Shown here piece by piece: positions 18,287-27,364 of a stretch of 64,000 bases of DNA (positions within the stretch are counted from its first letter, which is position 1; each line of letters opens with the position of its first letter). The notes beneath the pieces are model-generated. The model worked only from the letters and a program-made list of their open reading frames with translations, searched no databases and was not told the origin of the DNA. Origin of the DNA: a virus; the IMG/VR virus record IMGVR_UViG_3300006880_000001, positions 1 through 64,000 of that record; one strand, 5' to 3'. Position numbers and translations under genes: made by a program.

Positions 18287-19041
18287 GACTCCTCGCCGAA
18301 CGAGCGCGCCCACGCGATCACCTCGGCCGGTAGCTCGCGGTGGAGCCACGACGAGCCCAGCCGATACCCGCATTCGGGACAGACGGCGCGCTGCGCGTGC
18401 GCGTCGAGCGCAGCCTTGTGGTTGCGCCTGGCCGTGACGATGCGCGACCGCTCCTCGGCGAGTCGCGTCGCGCGTTCCGCCGCACTGCGGACATGGCCTA
18501 GGTCCGCCACCGGCGACGGCGCGACGTACGTGGGCTCCGCCTCGGCCCACGCCCGGAAGGTCTCGCCGCGGGCCTCCTGATGCTCGCAGGTGGACTTGAG
18601 GCTGTTCAGGTGGTAGCAGCGGTAGCGGGACACCTCGGGGAACCACTCATTGATGGCGCCCCCGATCTGGCCGCACGAGTCGAGGATCCAGACCTCGCCG
18701 TCTTGGGCCTCGCTCGCCATCTCGTCACGGGCGACGTCCAGCCCATGCAACTTGCCGTCGGTCTTGATGACGTAGCGCGCGGCTGCCTTCGCTGTCGCGC
18801 ACCGCGAGCCGGACCGCTGGTTCATGGCGGTGATCTCGTCGGGCTGATCCTCGAAGAACTGGATCCAGTAGTCGAGGGCGGTGCGCTCTGCCTCGGCGCG
18901 GGGGAGGATGCGGCCCTCCTGGCCGGTGATCGACAACTCCAATTTGCCGCCTCGGTCGTGCAGTGCGACGTGGACGGTGCACCACCGATCGCCTAGGCGG
19001 CGGGTCGCGCGACGGACAGACACAGTCTCGGTCTTGGACAC
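18283..19041 (-). CDS. hypothetical phage protein with C-terminal zinc ribbon
   Basis: SCGQ, YHLN, CEHQ, CPECGY..GSSW. Confidence 0.7.
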   Translation of the reverse strand: MSKTETVSVRRATRRLGDRWCTVHVALHDRGGKLELSITGQEGRILPRAEAERTALDYWIQFFEDQPDEITAMNQRSGSRCATAKAAARYVIKTDGKLHGLDVARDEMASEAQDGEVWILDSCGQIGGAINEWFPEVSRYRCYHLNSLKSTCEHQEARGETFRAWAEAEPTYVAPSPVADLGHVRSAAERATRLAEERSRIVTARRNHKAALDAHAQRAVCPECGYRLGSSWLHRELPAEVIAWARSFGEES

Positions 19042-19068
19042 GGTTGCTCTCCCCGGTTAGGGTCTCAC

Positions 19069-19136
19069 GGGCCCACCATGGGCCCCGTTGGCGCACGCCC
19101 CGGGCAACGAGCCCGGATCCGATCCGCTCGGCGTGC
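19069..19136 (-). ncRNA. intergenic structured RNA motif, copy 4
   Basis: GCACGCC...GGCGUGC outer stem, core identical to copy 2. Confidence 0.7.
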
Positions 19137-19148
19137 TACGGCTGGCTC

Positions 19149-19814
19149 TCAGTCCTCGCGGTTCCAGCGCGGTTCGCGTACGGCCGTCGGCGTGGGCTCC
19201 TTGGGCCCGACACGCCACTCTCCGACCTTGTTTCCGTTCGCGTCGTGGATGAACCCATAGCGGATCCCTCGCGGGGCCACGCCGAGGACGTCATCTCCCC
19301 GCTCGCGCATCTGGCGCGCGATCGCGTCCACCGCGGACGCGACGTCGCTGCCGGTGCGCATGGCATCGTTGCCGAGATCGATCTCGACGGTGAATCGCAC
19401 CTCGGGCGCATCATCGTCCATGACCGACTGCAGGATGTCTCGCGCGGCCTCGGCGCGGCGAGATCCGCGCTTGACGGCGTCGAGAATGCTGTCAGCAAGC
19501 GCGAGCGTGGCTTCGCCCTTCATGCCGTCGTAGTAGCCCCTCGGCTGCGTGAAGTCCGCTTCCGACTTGTACGAGCACGCGCCGAGGATGTCGACGCCGT
19601 CGAAGTCTCCGAGGCGGGCTGTCACCTTGGCGCAGAACCACGCCCACAGGTTGCCCTTCGCTAGTTGCGCGCGGATCCAAGACACTGTCTCGGCGTCGTC
19701 CTCGGCGTCACCGGAGGCGAAGTGATCCGCGGGATCGGTATCCTCCTCCTCGATCTCGAGCTTGAACTCCACCCGCTCGCGGATCTTCTCGGCCAGCTCG
19801 TCTCTGTCCATCAT
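19149..19814 (-). CDS. acidic early protein
   Basis: AAAGGCTAACCGCC-ATG start; D/E-rich. Confidence 0.7.
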   Translation of the reverse strand: MMDRDELAEKIRERVEFKLEIEEEDTDPADHFASGDAEDDAETVSWIRAQLAKGNLWAWFCAKVTARLGDFDGVDILGACSYKSEADFTQPRGYYDGMKGEATLALADSILDAVKRGSRRAEAARDILQSVMDDDAPEVRFTVEIDLGNDAMRTGSDVASAVDAIARQMRERGDDVLGVAPRGIRYGFIHDANGNKVGEWRVGPKEPTPTAVREPRWNRED

Positions 19815-19836
19815 GGCGGTTAGCCTTTCGTCATCC

Positions 19837-19902
19837 GAGCCCACCGTGGGCTCCGTGGTGCGCCACCCGGGCAGCGAACCCGGGGTGATCCGCTCGTGGC
19901 GC
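19837..19902 (-). ncRNA. intergenic structured RNA motif, copy 5
   Basis: GCGCCAC...GUGGCGC outer stem, UUCGCUG loop, second hairpin. Confidence 0.7.
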
Positions 19903-20111
19903 TACTCCTTGGATCGCGGTAGCGCGTCCTCGATCCGAGCCGCGAGATCGCGCAGCGCCCCCGCCAGATCTCGCGCGGCGTCGAGATCGGTCCGGCCCTG
20001 CCCCTCGGGTACGCGGCCCGCCGGTATGTAGGCTGTCCACTGCGCATCGCTGTCAGAGTCGCCGGCGCGAACGAGCCGGATCCGGCCCCCGAGCATTGAG
20101 CGTCCGATCAT
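19902..20111 (-). CDS. small hypothetical protein
   Basis: GAGGAG RBS; stop abuts motif copy 5. Confidence 0.55.
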   Translation of the reverse strand: MIGRSMLGGRIRLVRAGDSDSDAQWTAYIPAGRVPEGQGRTDLDAARDLAGALRDLAARIEDALPRSKE

Positions 20112-20114
20112 GGC

Positions 20115-20807
20115 CTACTCCTCCTCGACGGCGTAGCGGTCGGGGATGATTGCGTTGACGCGTGCCAGGAGCCACGTCTCGCGTTCGGTGAGCGGCCGGG
20201 GCCGGCCACAGAGCCCGGTGGCGCGGGTGGGATCGATCCTCTTGGGCTCGGGCCGGAACCCAGCCGTACCGCTGAGGAAGTCCCACCCACTGTTGCCGAT
20301 GGCGTTTTGCTGTGTGTCGAGCATGAACCCGAGCATCAGTTGCGCGCCGACGGCTTCGACGGCGCAACCCTTGACGGGTCCGTGGGCGCGGCGGCTGCTC
20401 TTCTCGGCGATCACTGCGCGACACCCATAGTCGTGCAACGCTTCGCACAGGATCGCGATCAGCGTCTCATCGTCCGTGCCGTCGTCGATTCCATCGCCGT
20501 CGAGGAGCCCCCACGAGTGCACGGCCGACAGGATGCTCGCGTCGCTGGCGAAGCCAGGCGAGACGGCGGACAGGGTCGCGAGCCACCGGTGGCCGTGGGG
20601 CAAGATGCCCTCCTCCTCGACATACTCGAGCTTGATCAGTAGGTACACAGGCCAGTCGCACGCGATCGGCTCGCCGACGCGCCAGAGCGTACCGTCGTCG
20701 CACTGATCGACGAAACTCCGGTAGGCCACACCGCGCAACAGGCGCAGCGGGGCGCCGGGGGGTCGGGGGTCGGACATGGCGGTTGCGTTCATATCGATGG
20801 CGGGCAT
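20115..20807 (-). CDS. hypothetical early protein
   Basis: AAGGAG RBS after motif copy 6. Confidence 0.65.
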   Translation of the reverse strand: MPAIDMNATAMSDPRPPGAPLRLLRGVAYRSFVDQCDDGTLWRVGEPIACDWPVYLLIKLEYVEEEGILPHGHRWLATLSAVSPGFASDASILSAVHSWGLLDGDGIDDGTDDETLIAILCEALHDYGCRAVIAEKSSRRAHGPVKGCAVEAVGAQLMLGFMLDTQQNAIGNSGWDFLSGTAGFRPEPKRIDPTRATGLCGRPRPLTERETWLLARVNAIIPDRYAVEEE

Positions 20808-20840
20808 CTGCTAGACGCTCCTTTGGCTTTCGCCACTTAT

Positions 20841-20908
20841 GGCGCCCACCACGGGCGCCGTGGGGTGCTCCCCGGGCAACGAGCCCGGATCCGATCCGCT
20901 CGGAGCAC
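20841..20908 (-). ncRNA. intergenic structured RNA motif, copy 6
   Basis: GUGCUCC...GGAGCAC outer stem, core identical to copy 2. Confidence 0.7.
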
Positions 20909-20923
20909 GCGGTGCGGCTGCGG

Positions 20924-21253
20924 CTAGGGCTCGCCGCGGCCGTCGAGGAACGGATCGCAGTCCGCCTCCTCCTCCTCCTCCTCCTCCTCGTCGTCCGCCT
21001 CGTCGTCGCCCTCCTCCGCGTCGTCGCCCTTGCGAATCTCGGCGAGCCACTCCTCGCCGAGATCGATGGCTCGCGCCGCGGTGAGCGTGTACAGATCCGG
21101 GTGCCCGGACTGACACTCCACGTTCTCCCAGCCGTCACGGCGGGACGCCCACAGGTTGAGATACGATCCGTTGATCGTGACGAGTAGCCCCAACTCCTCG
21201 TCGCACGCGACGATCGGACCGTTGCTCAGTACGTCGAAAATGGTCATGGACAT
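20924..21253 (-). CDS. highly acidic small protein
   Basis: Poly-D/E tail; AAAGGCTAATCGCC-ATG start. Confidence 0.65.
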   Translation of the reverse strand: MSMTIFDVLSNGPIVACDEELGLLVTINGSYLNLWASRRDGWENVECQSGHPDLYTLTAARAIDLGEEWLAEIRKGDDAEEGDDEADDEEEEEEEEADCDPFLDGRGEP

Positions 21254-21258
21254 GGCGA

Positions 21259-21927
21259 TTAGCCTTTCCGGTGGAGGGGTTGCAGCCACAGCGCCAGCGA
21301 CGCGGCGATCACCGCGGCGCGCGCGAGGGCTTCGCGATCCTCGCGAGACCAGCGCACGATCCAGTTGTCCGACGCGTCGGCAAACTCGTCGCATGGCTCG
21401 ACGCGGCAGAACGCGATCAGCGCGTCCATGTCGAGATCGCCCTCGATCGTCCACCGGATCGGATCCAACTCGTCGTCAAACAGATCAGCCGCGGTGATTT
21501 CCTCGGCAATCCGGGCCAGATCGTGCGCGAGATCCTGGCAGATGCCGGGCCATTGCGCATCGCGCAGCGCCGACTCCATCTCCGCGTGGCGCGTGTCGTT
21601 CAGGATCAGGTAGCTCGCGAGTGCGGCGGCGCACTCCTGCAGGATCTTCACGAGATCGGCTCGGGTCGGATCGACGATGATATGGTCATACCATCCCACA
21701 GCCCAGTGCGAGGCACCGAGGATGTCCCACCCCGTCTCATCGGGATCCGCCGCTCGGAGTTGCGCGACGATCTCATCATGGTTGCAGCGATCGACGACGC
21801 CCGAGTCCCGATGGACTCCGCCGACGAGCGCGAAGCGCCACCCCTGCTCGGTGACCCGCTTGTCGCTGCAAGCGAAATTCGGAATGTCCTCGTAGCGCTT
21901 CAAGACTTCGATCTCGGTGACGGACAT
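21259..21927 (-). CDS. acidic early protein (HWAVGW motif)
   Basis: HRDS, SHWAVGWYD, YLILND; start after motif copy 7. Confidence 0.7.
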   Translation of the reverse strand: MSVTEIEVLKRYEDIPNFACSDKRVTEQGWRFALVGGVHRDSGVVDRCNHDEIVAQLRAADPDETGWDILGASHWAVGWYDHIIVDPTRADLVKILQECAAALASYLILNDTRHAEMESALRDAQWPGICQDLAHDLARIAEEITAADLFDDELDPIRWTIEGDLDMDALIAFCRVEPCDEFADASDNWIVRWSREDREALARAAVIAASLALWLQPLHRKG

Positions 21928-21948
21928 GGCGGTTAGCCTTGCCTTTCC

Positions 21949-22014
21949 GGGGCTACCGTAGCCCCCTAGTGCACCCCCCGGGCAACGAGCCCGGATCCGA
22001 TCCGCTCGGGGCGC
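21949..22014 (-). ncRNA. intergenic structured RNA motif, copy 7
   Basis: GCGCCCC...GGGGUGC outer stem (G-U pair), core identical to copy 2. Confidence 0.7.
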
Positions 22015-22021
22015 CGCGCTG

Positions 22022-22750
22022 TCACTCGTCGTCGTCGACGGGCGCAACGTACATGCATCGCGTGGTCGCGGGGCGCGGCATGAGGCGCGCGGCGCCCGCA
22101 TCCGTGGCGCGGACGGTCCAATACGTCACGGTGTCGTCCGAGATCTGCGCCAGCCGATCGGCGATATCTTGGACGTCTAGCTCGAGCTGGATCTGAGGGT
22201 CCGTACCGTCGGGCTCGGACGCGGTGTCCGCGTAGGTGTCGCCCTGGTACGTCACGACGACAAACAACGGCAACTCCACGATACAGCGTCCCTCACGGCA
22301 TTCCCGACAGGGTGCATCGACGCGATCGGACTCGAAGTCCGCTCCAAAACGATGGCTACCGCAGCGCGCACACGGCACTTGCGGACCGGGGTTGACGCGA
22401 TGGGGGATCCGCTCACCGTTCATGTTCCGGCAATGGATTTCCCGGGTCGGAGCCGTGTCGTCGTCGTCGTCGTCGTCGTCGTCGGTCCCGAACATCTCAT
22501 CGAGCGCCGCGCGCGCCTCGTCGGCGGAGTCGTGCGGACCGGTCCAATCCGTACAGTCGAGGTAGCCCGGGGCCGACAGGCGCGCCCACCACTTGCCGTC
22601 GACAGTCTCGACGGAGGCGGGATCGCAGCCCGTCTCTTCAGCGAAGCGCTCGTGGCTGCCCCATACGTACGCCGGGGCGACGTACGTCTCCCCACCGGCG
22701 TCGCCAACATGGAAAGCCTCTTGCGTCACCTCTGGTCTCATGAATGACAT
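22022..22750 (-). CDS. acidic first gene of the early operon
   Basis: WARLSAPGYLDCTDW motif, poly-D run, CxxC pairs. Confidence 0.75.
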   Translation of the reverse strand: MSFMRPEVTQEAFHVGDAGGETYVAPAYVWGSHERFAEETGCDPASVETVDGKWWARLSAPGYLDCTDWTGPHDSADEARAALDEMFGTDDDDDDDDDTAPTREIHCRNMNGERIPHRVNPGPQVPCARCGSHRFGADFESDRVDAPCRECREGRCIVELPLFVVVTYQGDTYADTASEPDGTDPQIQLELDVQDIADRLAQISDDTVTYWTVRATDAGAARLMPRPATTRCMYVAPVDDDE

Positions 22751-22770
22751 GGCGGTTAGCCATCCTTTCC

Positions 22771-22853
22771 GAGCCCCACCGCGGGGCTCCTAGTGCGCCG
22801 CGTGGCAGCGAGCCACGGCGATCCCACTGTGGGATCCGATCCACTCACGGCGC
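22771..22853 (-). ncRNA. structured RNA motif, copy 8 (5' leader, with an extra inserted hairpin)
   Basis: GCGCCG..GAGUGGAUCGGAU[CCCACAGUGGGAUC]..CGUGG-CUCGCUG-CCACG-CGGCGC; inner stem covaries. Confidence 0.65.
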
Positions 22854-23279
22854 AAACCTATCGGAAACACGTGTGTTTCCCTTGGCCAAATCCTCTAGCC
22901 CCCGCTGTTTCGCTGTCACGCAAGATCCACGCGTCCCCCCACACCCCTCCACCTAGCGCTCGCATCCGCAAGCGCGCTACGCGCGTTCCCAGCACGGTCG
23001 GGCGATGGCCTATTCGGTTGTCACGCCCCGGGCGCCGTCGGCGCCGCGTGGCAGCTGTAGCTCCCCAGGGGGCGAACCCCGGGCCGATCTCGCGGTCGGG
23101 CGATGGACCCTGCCGCTTAGCCGTCGGGCGCGCGTAGCGCCGTGGCGTCCACCGAGCGCGCGTCCCGGGACCGTGCGCGGCCGCCCGAGGGTGGGCTGGC
23201 GCCGCGCGTAGGCCCGGACGTGCGTCCGGCGCGATCGGATGTAGGTGCTAGTCGTACCTCCGTCGCCCCACCGTGGGGC

Positions 23280-23730
23280 CAAAGGGTGAAAGTCTCGTGG
23301 GTTGCCGTGAGAAACCCGTGGAAATCCCACAGGAAACTCGCCGCTACTCGCCGGCCCATCACTGCGACCGGGGAGTCAACCGTAGCAACGAGTAGGTTTA
23401 GACGCAAGCCCCGTGAAAACTATCTCACAAACTCACGTAATTATTACTGTTTTCCACGTGTTCGTGTGAGCCATACACGGGATTTTCGCGGCTACTCACG
23501 TGTAACCCACGGAAAACTCACAGGAATCGCGGAGTGCCGTGTAACTGTGCGAATCCCCTGTGGAAATCCCACGGCGGACTCACGGCTACCCACGGGCTAC
23601 CCACGGCCGACTCACGGCCCGTACACGGGCGCCTGGCGTACGGGACGCGGGTGGCCGTGAGCGGCCCGTGGGTGACTCACGGCGCACTCGCACCCACACA
23701 CGGCGGATTCACGTGGGATCGCCGGGGCCC
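23280..23730. repeat. repeat-rich non-coding control region, candidate replication origin
   Basis: About 20 CACG/CGTG cores (mostly YCACGG), GTGGAAATCCCAC at 23318 and 23560, AT-rich patch about 23417-23455. Confidence 0.55.
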
Positions 23731-23747
23731 GCGGTAGGCTCGTGGGT

Positions 23748-24017
23748 GTGGATACCCGGGTGATCGGCGTACGACTCCCCCCGGAGATCGTGGCGCGGTT
23801 GGAAGCGATGGAGCGCCAGACGCGGCTCAGTCGCTCGGAGCTACTGCGGCGGATCATCATTACGGCTTTGCAAGGCCAGCCCGACGTCGATGGGGCCCGC
23901 ATCGAGGCCGAGGAGCGGAAGCGCGCGTATGCGGATGCCGTCCGTCTCATCGCGAAGCGGCTGCGCAAGGTCCTCGACGAGGAGCTGGTGGGCAAGCTCA
24001 TCTCACGGAGGGGGTGA
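23748..24017 (+). CDS. ribbon-helix-helix (CopG/Arc-like) regulator
   Basis: VIGVRLPPEIVARLEAM..TRLSRSELLRRII. Confidence 0.8.
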   Translation: MDTRVIGVRLPPEIVARLEAMERQTRLSRSELLRRIIITALQGQPDVDGARIEAEERKRAYADAVRLIAKRLRKVLDEELVGKLISRRG

Positions 24018-24204
24018 ACCGGCCGAGGAGCCTTGTCAAAGCCACCGTGCACGCATCGCAGAGATCTCCACGGCAGCCTCGCGGCACCGCGACAGTGTGA
24101 CCGGCGCCAGCGTGGCACTTCAGACCGTCGTGGACTGGGTAGACTTCGGCGAGCGCAGCGCGGAAGGTGGTACGTCCGGCGGCCAGCTGACGGGCGAGGC
24201 TCAT
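23998..24204 (-). CDS. small hypothetical protein
   Basis: ATGA coupling; CH..H..C..CxxC. Confidence 0.4.
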   Translation of the reverse strand: MSLARQLAAGRTTFRAALAEVYPVHDGLKCHAGAGHTVAVPRGCRGDLCDACTVALTRLLGRFTPSVR

Positions 24205-24470
24205 GCGGTTGCCTCGTCGTCGTCCTCGTCCTCCTCGTCGTCCTCGTCGTCCTCGTCGTCCTCGTCGTCGACCTCGCTGACGGTGTCGACTTCGGGACGC
24301 TTCGCCGACCCCCAATCGATCTCCCAGTCGCCCGGGGAGGCCTCCTCCTCTTCGAGTCGGGCGATCTCCGCGATGGCCGCTTCGCCGGCCTCGTCCGGAT
24401 CGTCGGCCTCGATCTCGACGTTGGTGTAGAGCTGCACGTCGCGCAGCAGGATGACTTCGAACTTCGGCAT
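24201..24470 (-). CDS. highly acidic small protein
   Basis: MPKFEV..VEIEADDPDEA pattern, D/E tail. Confidence 0.65.
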   Translation of the reverse strand: MPKFEVILLRDVQLYTNVEIEADDPDEAGEAAIAEIARLEEEEASPGDWEIDWGSAKRPEVDTVSEVDDEDDEDDEDDEEDEDDDEATA

Positions 24471-24835
24471 CAGTTGGGCGCTCCCGGATCGAGTTCTTCG
24501 GTGTCGGTGAACAGCTCGCCGACCTTCCCGGTGGCGAGAGCCTCGAGCTCGGGTCCGGTGGGCCGCCGCCACGTCCCCTCGCCGAACACGTCGTAGTCGT
24601 CCTCCTCGCCGGCGACGCGGAGGACCTCGACTCGGAGGGTTCCCTCCCAGATCCAGAGCCCAGCTTCGTTCGGCGTCCCGAGGTAGGAGATCTCGGGGGT
24701 GACCGACGGTCCGAACTCCATGAACTCCATCATGGCGCGGTGGCCGATGGCGTCGAGGAGGACGGTCCGGCCGTGTCCGTTGTCGTCGATCTGGTACGCG
24801 AAGAAGCGCTGGTTCCGGTGAGTCGAGGGCTTCAC
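24470..24835 (-). CDS. hypothetical protein
   Basis: Leaderless GTG after GTCAC-N10-TAGGCT. Confidence 0.65.
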   Translation of the reverse strand: MKPSTHRNQRFFAYQIDDNGHGRTVLLDAIGHRAMMEFMEFGPSVTPEISYLGTPNEAGLWIWEGTLRVEVLRVAGEEDDYDVFGEGTWRRPTGPELEALATGKVGELFTDTEELDPGAPN

Positions 24836-24866
24836 GAACCTGAGCCTACCAGCACCCCGTGACCGT

Positions 24867-25265
24867 TCACGTGTGGCCGAGCTTCTTACCGAAGTCGATC
24901 CAGGAGGAGATCTCCTTGCTCAGGACCGCGTCTGGCCAGACGTCCGGCGAGTAGGGGACGTCCCCGAAGCCCTCGATGTCGGCGATGACGAGCGCCAGCA
25001 GTCGGTGGGCCTGCTCGCCCGGTCCTGGCTTGACGATCGCGTCGTGGGCGTCCCCGGGCGTGCCCTCGACGACCGCGATGACCGGAGCGTCGTGGGCCGG
25101 GTCGTAGGGTCCGTGCAGCTCGCCGAAGAGGCTTCGGATGGTCGTCAGACCGAAGCGGCAACCAGGCCAACGTCGCTCGCAGAGGCTGCGCGCGGCGCGT
25201 TCGTCCCCTTCGAAGCAGGGCTTCTGGATGCCCTTCTCCCACGCGGCGACGATGACCTTCTTCAC
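24867..25265 (-). CDS. hypothetical protein
   Basis: GTGA coupling to the dehydrogenase stop. Confidence 0.55.
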   Translation of the reverse strand: MKKVIVAAWEKGIQKPCFEGDERAARSLCERRWPGCRFGLTTIRSLFGELHGPYDPAHDAPVIAVVEGTPGDAHDAIVKPGPGEQAHRLLALVIADIEGFGDVPYSPDVWPDAVLSKEISSWIDFGKKLGHT

Positions 25266-26611
25266 GGGTTGAACCAGCCCGGGCGACCGATCCGCACGTA
25301 GTCGACGCCCTTGGCGGCCCAGTCGTGGCCTTCCCAGCTGCCGTGGGCGTCGATGATGGTCTGGTGACCCCCTCGCCACCGTTCTTGGGGCCAGCTCGCG
25401 TAGGCGTCGTGTGCGGTGGCCAGGACGACGACGTCCGCGCTGCGAACTTCCTCGGTGGAGCCCGCTGCACGCAGCCCCTGGTGATCGATCCGCTTCACCA
25501 TCTCGTCCAGCTCCGCCGGCGAGAAGAGTGGATCGTGGACGACGATGGAGGCGTCGAAGGGATGGCACAGGCTCAGGGCCTTGGCGAGCCGCAGCCCGGG
25601 GGACATGCCCACGTCTCGGAAGTTGGGACGGTAGCCGAGACCGAGGACCGCGACTGCGGGCGAAGGGTTGCTCGTCCACACCCTGCGCCGCGTCTTGTGC
25701 CAGATGAGCTTGGCGATCTCGGTGCTGATCCCCTCTTCGGCGAGGTTGGCGACGTCGAACATCGTCTGCGGGTCGCAGATGGACGTCCGCCCCCGAGGGG
25801 TGTCGATGTGGCGGTACGTCCCCTCCGCGAGGTACTTGCTGCCGAGGGGAACGCAGCGCCCTCCGCTGCCGAGGCCGAAGTAGAGGGAGCCGAAGGACTC
25901 GAAGCGCCAGTGGGTCGCCGCCAGCTGCACCGCGGTGGCGACGTCGACGTTCGGGTACGACAGCGCGACGTCGTGGACCAGCATGATGACGCTATGGAAG
26001 ATGGCGTTCTCGAGCGGCTTCACGAGCTCGGCGGTCTCGAGGTCGGTCGTCATGATGCGGTCGCGCGGCGTCACGCAGGTCAGGACCTCGATCGCCTTCG
26101 CCAGGCTGACCTCATCGAGGGCGCCGACGACGCGGGGCAGGTTGCTCAGGTTCTTGTCCGGGCTGGCGAACCAGTCTCGCCTGGGTGCGTGGGCGAACGT
26201 GTGCCCGCATGCGGCGGCTGCCTCCGCGAGCGGGCGGAGCGTCCCTGGCGTCACCGTGCTCTCGACGATGATGCAGGTGGGCTTACGTGCGTTGTCGCAG
26301 ATCCAGCGCACGGTCTCGACGACCGCGTCCATCCACGGCGCGTCACGACGTTCCGACGGCACCGCTAGGATGTGCGCGTCGGCGTCGAGGTCGAGCGTGG
26401 CGGTGCGGTCCGTGGTGGCCCAGAGGCGATCACGGTAGTGGACCTCCGCCAGGTAGCTGAGGAACTCGCCGGCCTTCGGCGCGCCGTTGTTGATGGCGTC
26501 GACGACGGTCGGATCCGGATCGTAGCCGACGACGCCAGCCAGTCGACTCCCGGCGAAGTGGACCGCGGCGGTCAGGCCGACGTAGCCGAGGCCGTGGACC
26601 GCGATCTTCAC
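25262..26611 (-). CDS. UDP-glucose/GDP-mannose (UDP-ManNAc, WecC-like) dehydrogenase
   Basis: GLGYVG, IVESTVTPG, AELVKPLEN, GSGGRCVP, VLGLGYR, ATAHD. Confidence 0.9.
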   Translation of the reverse strand: MKIAVHGLGYVGLTAAVHFAGSRLAGVVGYDPDPTVVDAINNGAPKAGEFLSYLAEVHYRDRLWATTDRTATLDLDADAHILAVPSERRDAPWMDAVVETVRWICDNARKPTCIIVESTVTPGTLRPLAEAAAACGHTFAHAPRRDWFASPDKNLSNLPRVVGALDEVSLAKAIEVLTCVTPRDRIMTTDLETAELVKPLENAIFHSVIMLVHDVALSYPNVDVATAVQLAATHWRFESFGSLYFGLGSGGRCVPLGSKYLAEGTYRHIDTPRGRTSICDPQTMFDVANLAEEGISTEIAKLIWHKTRRRVWTSNPSPAVAVLGLGYRPNFRDVGMSPGLRLAKALSLCHPFDASIVVHDPLFSPAELDEMVKRIDHQGLRAAGSTEEVRSADVVVLATAHDAYASWPQERWRGGHQTIIDAHGSWEGHDWAAKGVDYVRIGRPGWFNP

Positions 26612-27312
26612 GCGCCCTCCTTGGGGGAGCCGAGGCGCCACTTCGCGGCAGGCTTCACGCATCGGAAGGTGCGGAAGAGACCGTTGGCGTAGTCGAAGGT
26701 CGATTCGACCTTGAGCCCGGCGGACTCGAGGAGGTTGGTACCTTCGGAGACCGTGTACGATCGCGAGTAGGGGCAGCCCTCTCCGTCGGTGGCCCACCCG
26801 AAGGCCTGGCCCTGGGTGAGCCCCCGTGCCATGTGCTTCTGGGTCTCCTCGGCGAGGTTCTTCTCGAGGCCTTCGGTGTAGAGCATGATGGCCGCGCGAC
26901 CGCCGGGCTTGAGGACGCGGACGAACTCGTCGAGGACAGGGCGCGGGTCCTCGATGTGGTGGAGGACCCCGTGGCAGTTGACCACGTCGACCGTGCCGTC
27001 GGGCAGCATGGTCTTGTCCGAGTGCATGAGGGGGACGCCGATCGCCTTGGCCAGGTACCCGGCCGCCTGGACGCGCGCCATCGTCATGCGGACGTTGGTG
27101 ATGACGACGTCCGCGAACCAGACGGTACAGCCGCGCCGGAGGAGGCTCATCGTGTCGGAGCCCCCGCCGCAGCCGTACTCGAGCACCGCCTGCCCTGCGA
27201 CCCGATCGAACTCATGGGCAATGGCGTGATCCGGGTAGCACTTCTCCTTGTCGGGCGGGTACCCCGACGCGCACTGCCAGAACTGTCGAACCACAGTGAG
27301 ATCGGTGTCCAT
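26608..27312 (-). CDS. class I SAM-dependent methyltransferase
   Basis: VLEYGCGGGSD, GVLHHI, RVLKPGG. Confidence 0.9.
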   Translation of the reverse strand: MDTDLTVVRQFWQCASGYPPDKEKCYPDHAIAHEFDRVAGQAVLEYGCGGGSDTMSLLRRGCTVWFADVVITNVRMTMARVQAAGYLAKAIGVPLMHSDKTMLPDGTVDVVNCHGVLHHIEDPRPVLDEFVRVLKPGGRAAIMLYTEGLEKNLAEETQKHMARGLTQGQAFGWATDGEGCPYSRSYTVSEGTNLLESAGLKVESTFDYANGLFRTFRCVKPAAKWRLGSPKEGA

Positions 27313-27364
27313 GGCTTCGATCCCTACCACGGGCCGGTGACCGAACATGGTAAAGTGCCGGAAC

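Noticed and set aside
12273-22853. Intergenic repeats as a CRISPR array
   Set aside because: Copies are 0.7-4.3 kb apart, separated by whole genes, vary by stem covariation, and no cas genes are present.
12273-22853. Intergenic repeats as integron attC sites
   Set aside because: No RYYYAAC/GTTRRRY boxes, the fold is not a single long hairpin, and neither recombinase shows the IntI-specific insertion. A role in recombination is not fully excluded.
19810-22853. RNA motif as a canonical HDV-like ribozyme
   Set aside because: The 7-bp G-starting P1, 7-nt loop and downstream GGCUAA are suggestive. However, the inner stem is 4-5 bp, the P1.1 CC/GG is absent, GGCUAA is missing in most copies, and it occurs without the motif at about 21260.
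20965-24275. (TCC)n and (TCG)n microsatellites at about 20965, 22457 and 24215
   Set aside because: They simply encode poly-Glu/Asp tracts of acidic proteins.
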